The position numbers were made by a program, and so were the translations under genes. A DNA stretch of 63,881 nt, filler included, from Intoshia linei (taxonomy: Eukaryota; Animalia; Orthonectida): NCBI GenBank assembly GCA_001642005.1. It is 5 parts of 5 records of this genome, joined end to end, with 100 filler letters (N's around TTAATTAATTAA, not from the genome) between each part and the next. Parts side by side here need not be neighbours in the genome. Positions count along the whole stretch, not along the records: positions 61,006 to 63,881 come from LWCA01002194.1; 4 more parts are not named here. One strand, 5' to 3'. This document shows, in pieces, positions 63,811 to 63,881 of the stretch. The notes beneath the pieces were generated by a model. That model was given only the letters and a program-made list of their open reading frames with translations, was not told the origin of the DNA and ran no database searches. How positions within the stretch are numbered: position 1 is the stretch's first letter; each line of letters begins with the position of its first letter.

Positions 63811-63881
63811 ATATACTAGTACCATGTAATTTTTCTTGACATTTCTATTTGATTGCAAATTTAAAGGAACCATTTGATGTA

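Overview
Very AT-rich, gene-dense animal (bilaterian-like) nuclear DNA. It has very short GT-AG introns (mostly 32-51 nt) plus a few long introns filled with transposon remnants. The pattern fits a reduced parasite genome such as the orthonectid Intoshia; this is an inference and was not verified. The window is five contigs joined by 100-nt N/TTAATTAATTAA spacers. Genes reconstructed by hand-splicing: prefoldin 6, a WAP+CCP LEV-9-like secreted protein, calcyphosine-like, VPS53, a solitary histone H2A, an LMBR1-like membrane protein, a trypsin-type protease, pyruvate carboxylase, an orphan acidic protein, a CD2AP/CIN85-like C-terminal half, MMAB, RPP21, PRC1/Ase1 and AMPK-gamma. A single structurally intact 5S rRNA gene lies in an intron of the LEV-9-like gene. 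Mobile DNA includes a dominant non-autonomous Helitron-like family built from ~130-bp internal subunits, hAT/Buster MITEs and transposase remnants, a pogo-like MITE, and Tc1/IS630, MULE and Ty3/Gypsy remnants. I found no clear wholly new biological system. The best leads are the Helitron family and its 22-bp array, the intronic 5S orphon, the Gly193-to-Phe protease, the H2A without a stem-loop, the shortened LEV-9 and the E2F/CHR bidirectional promoter.
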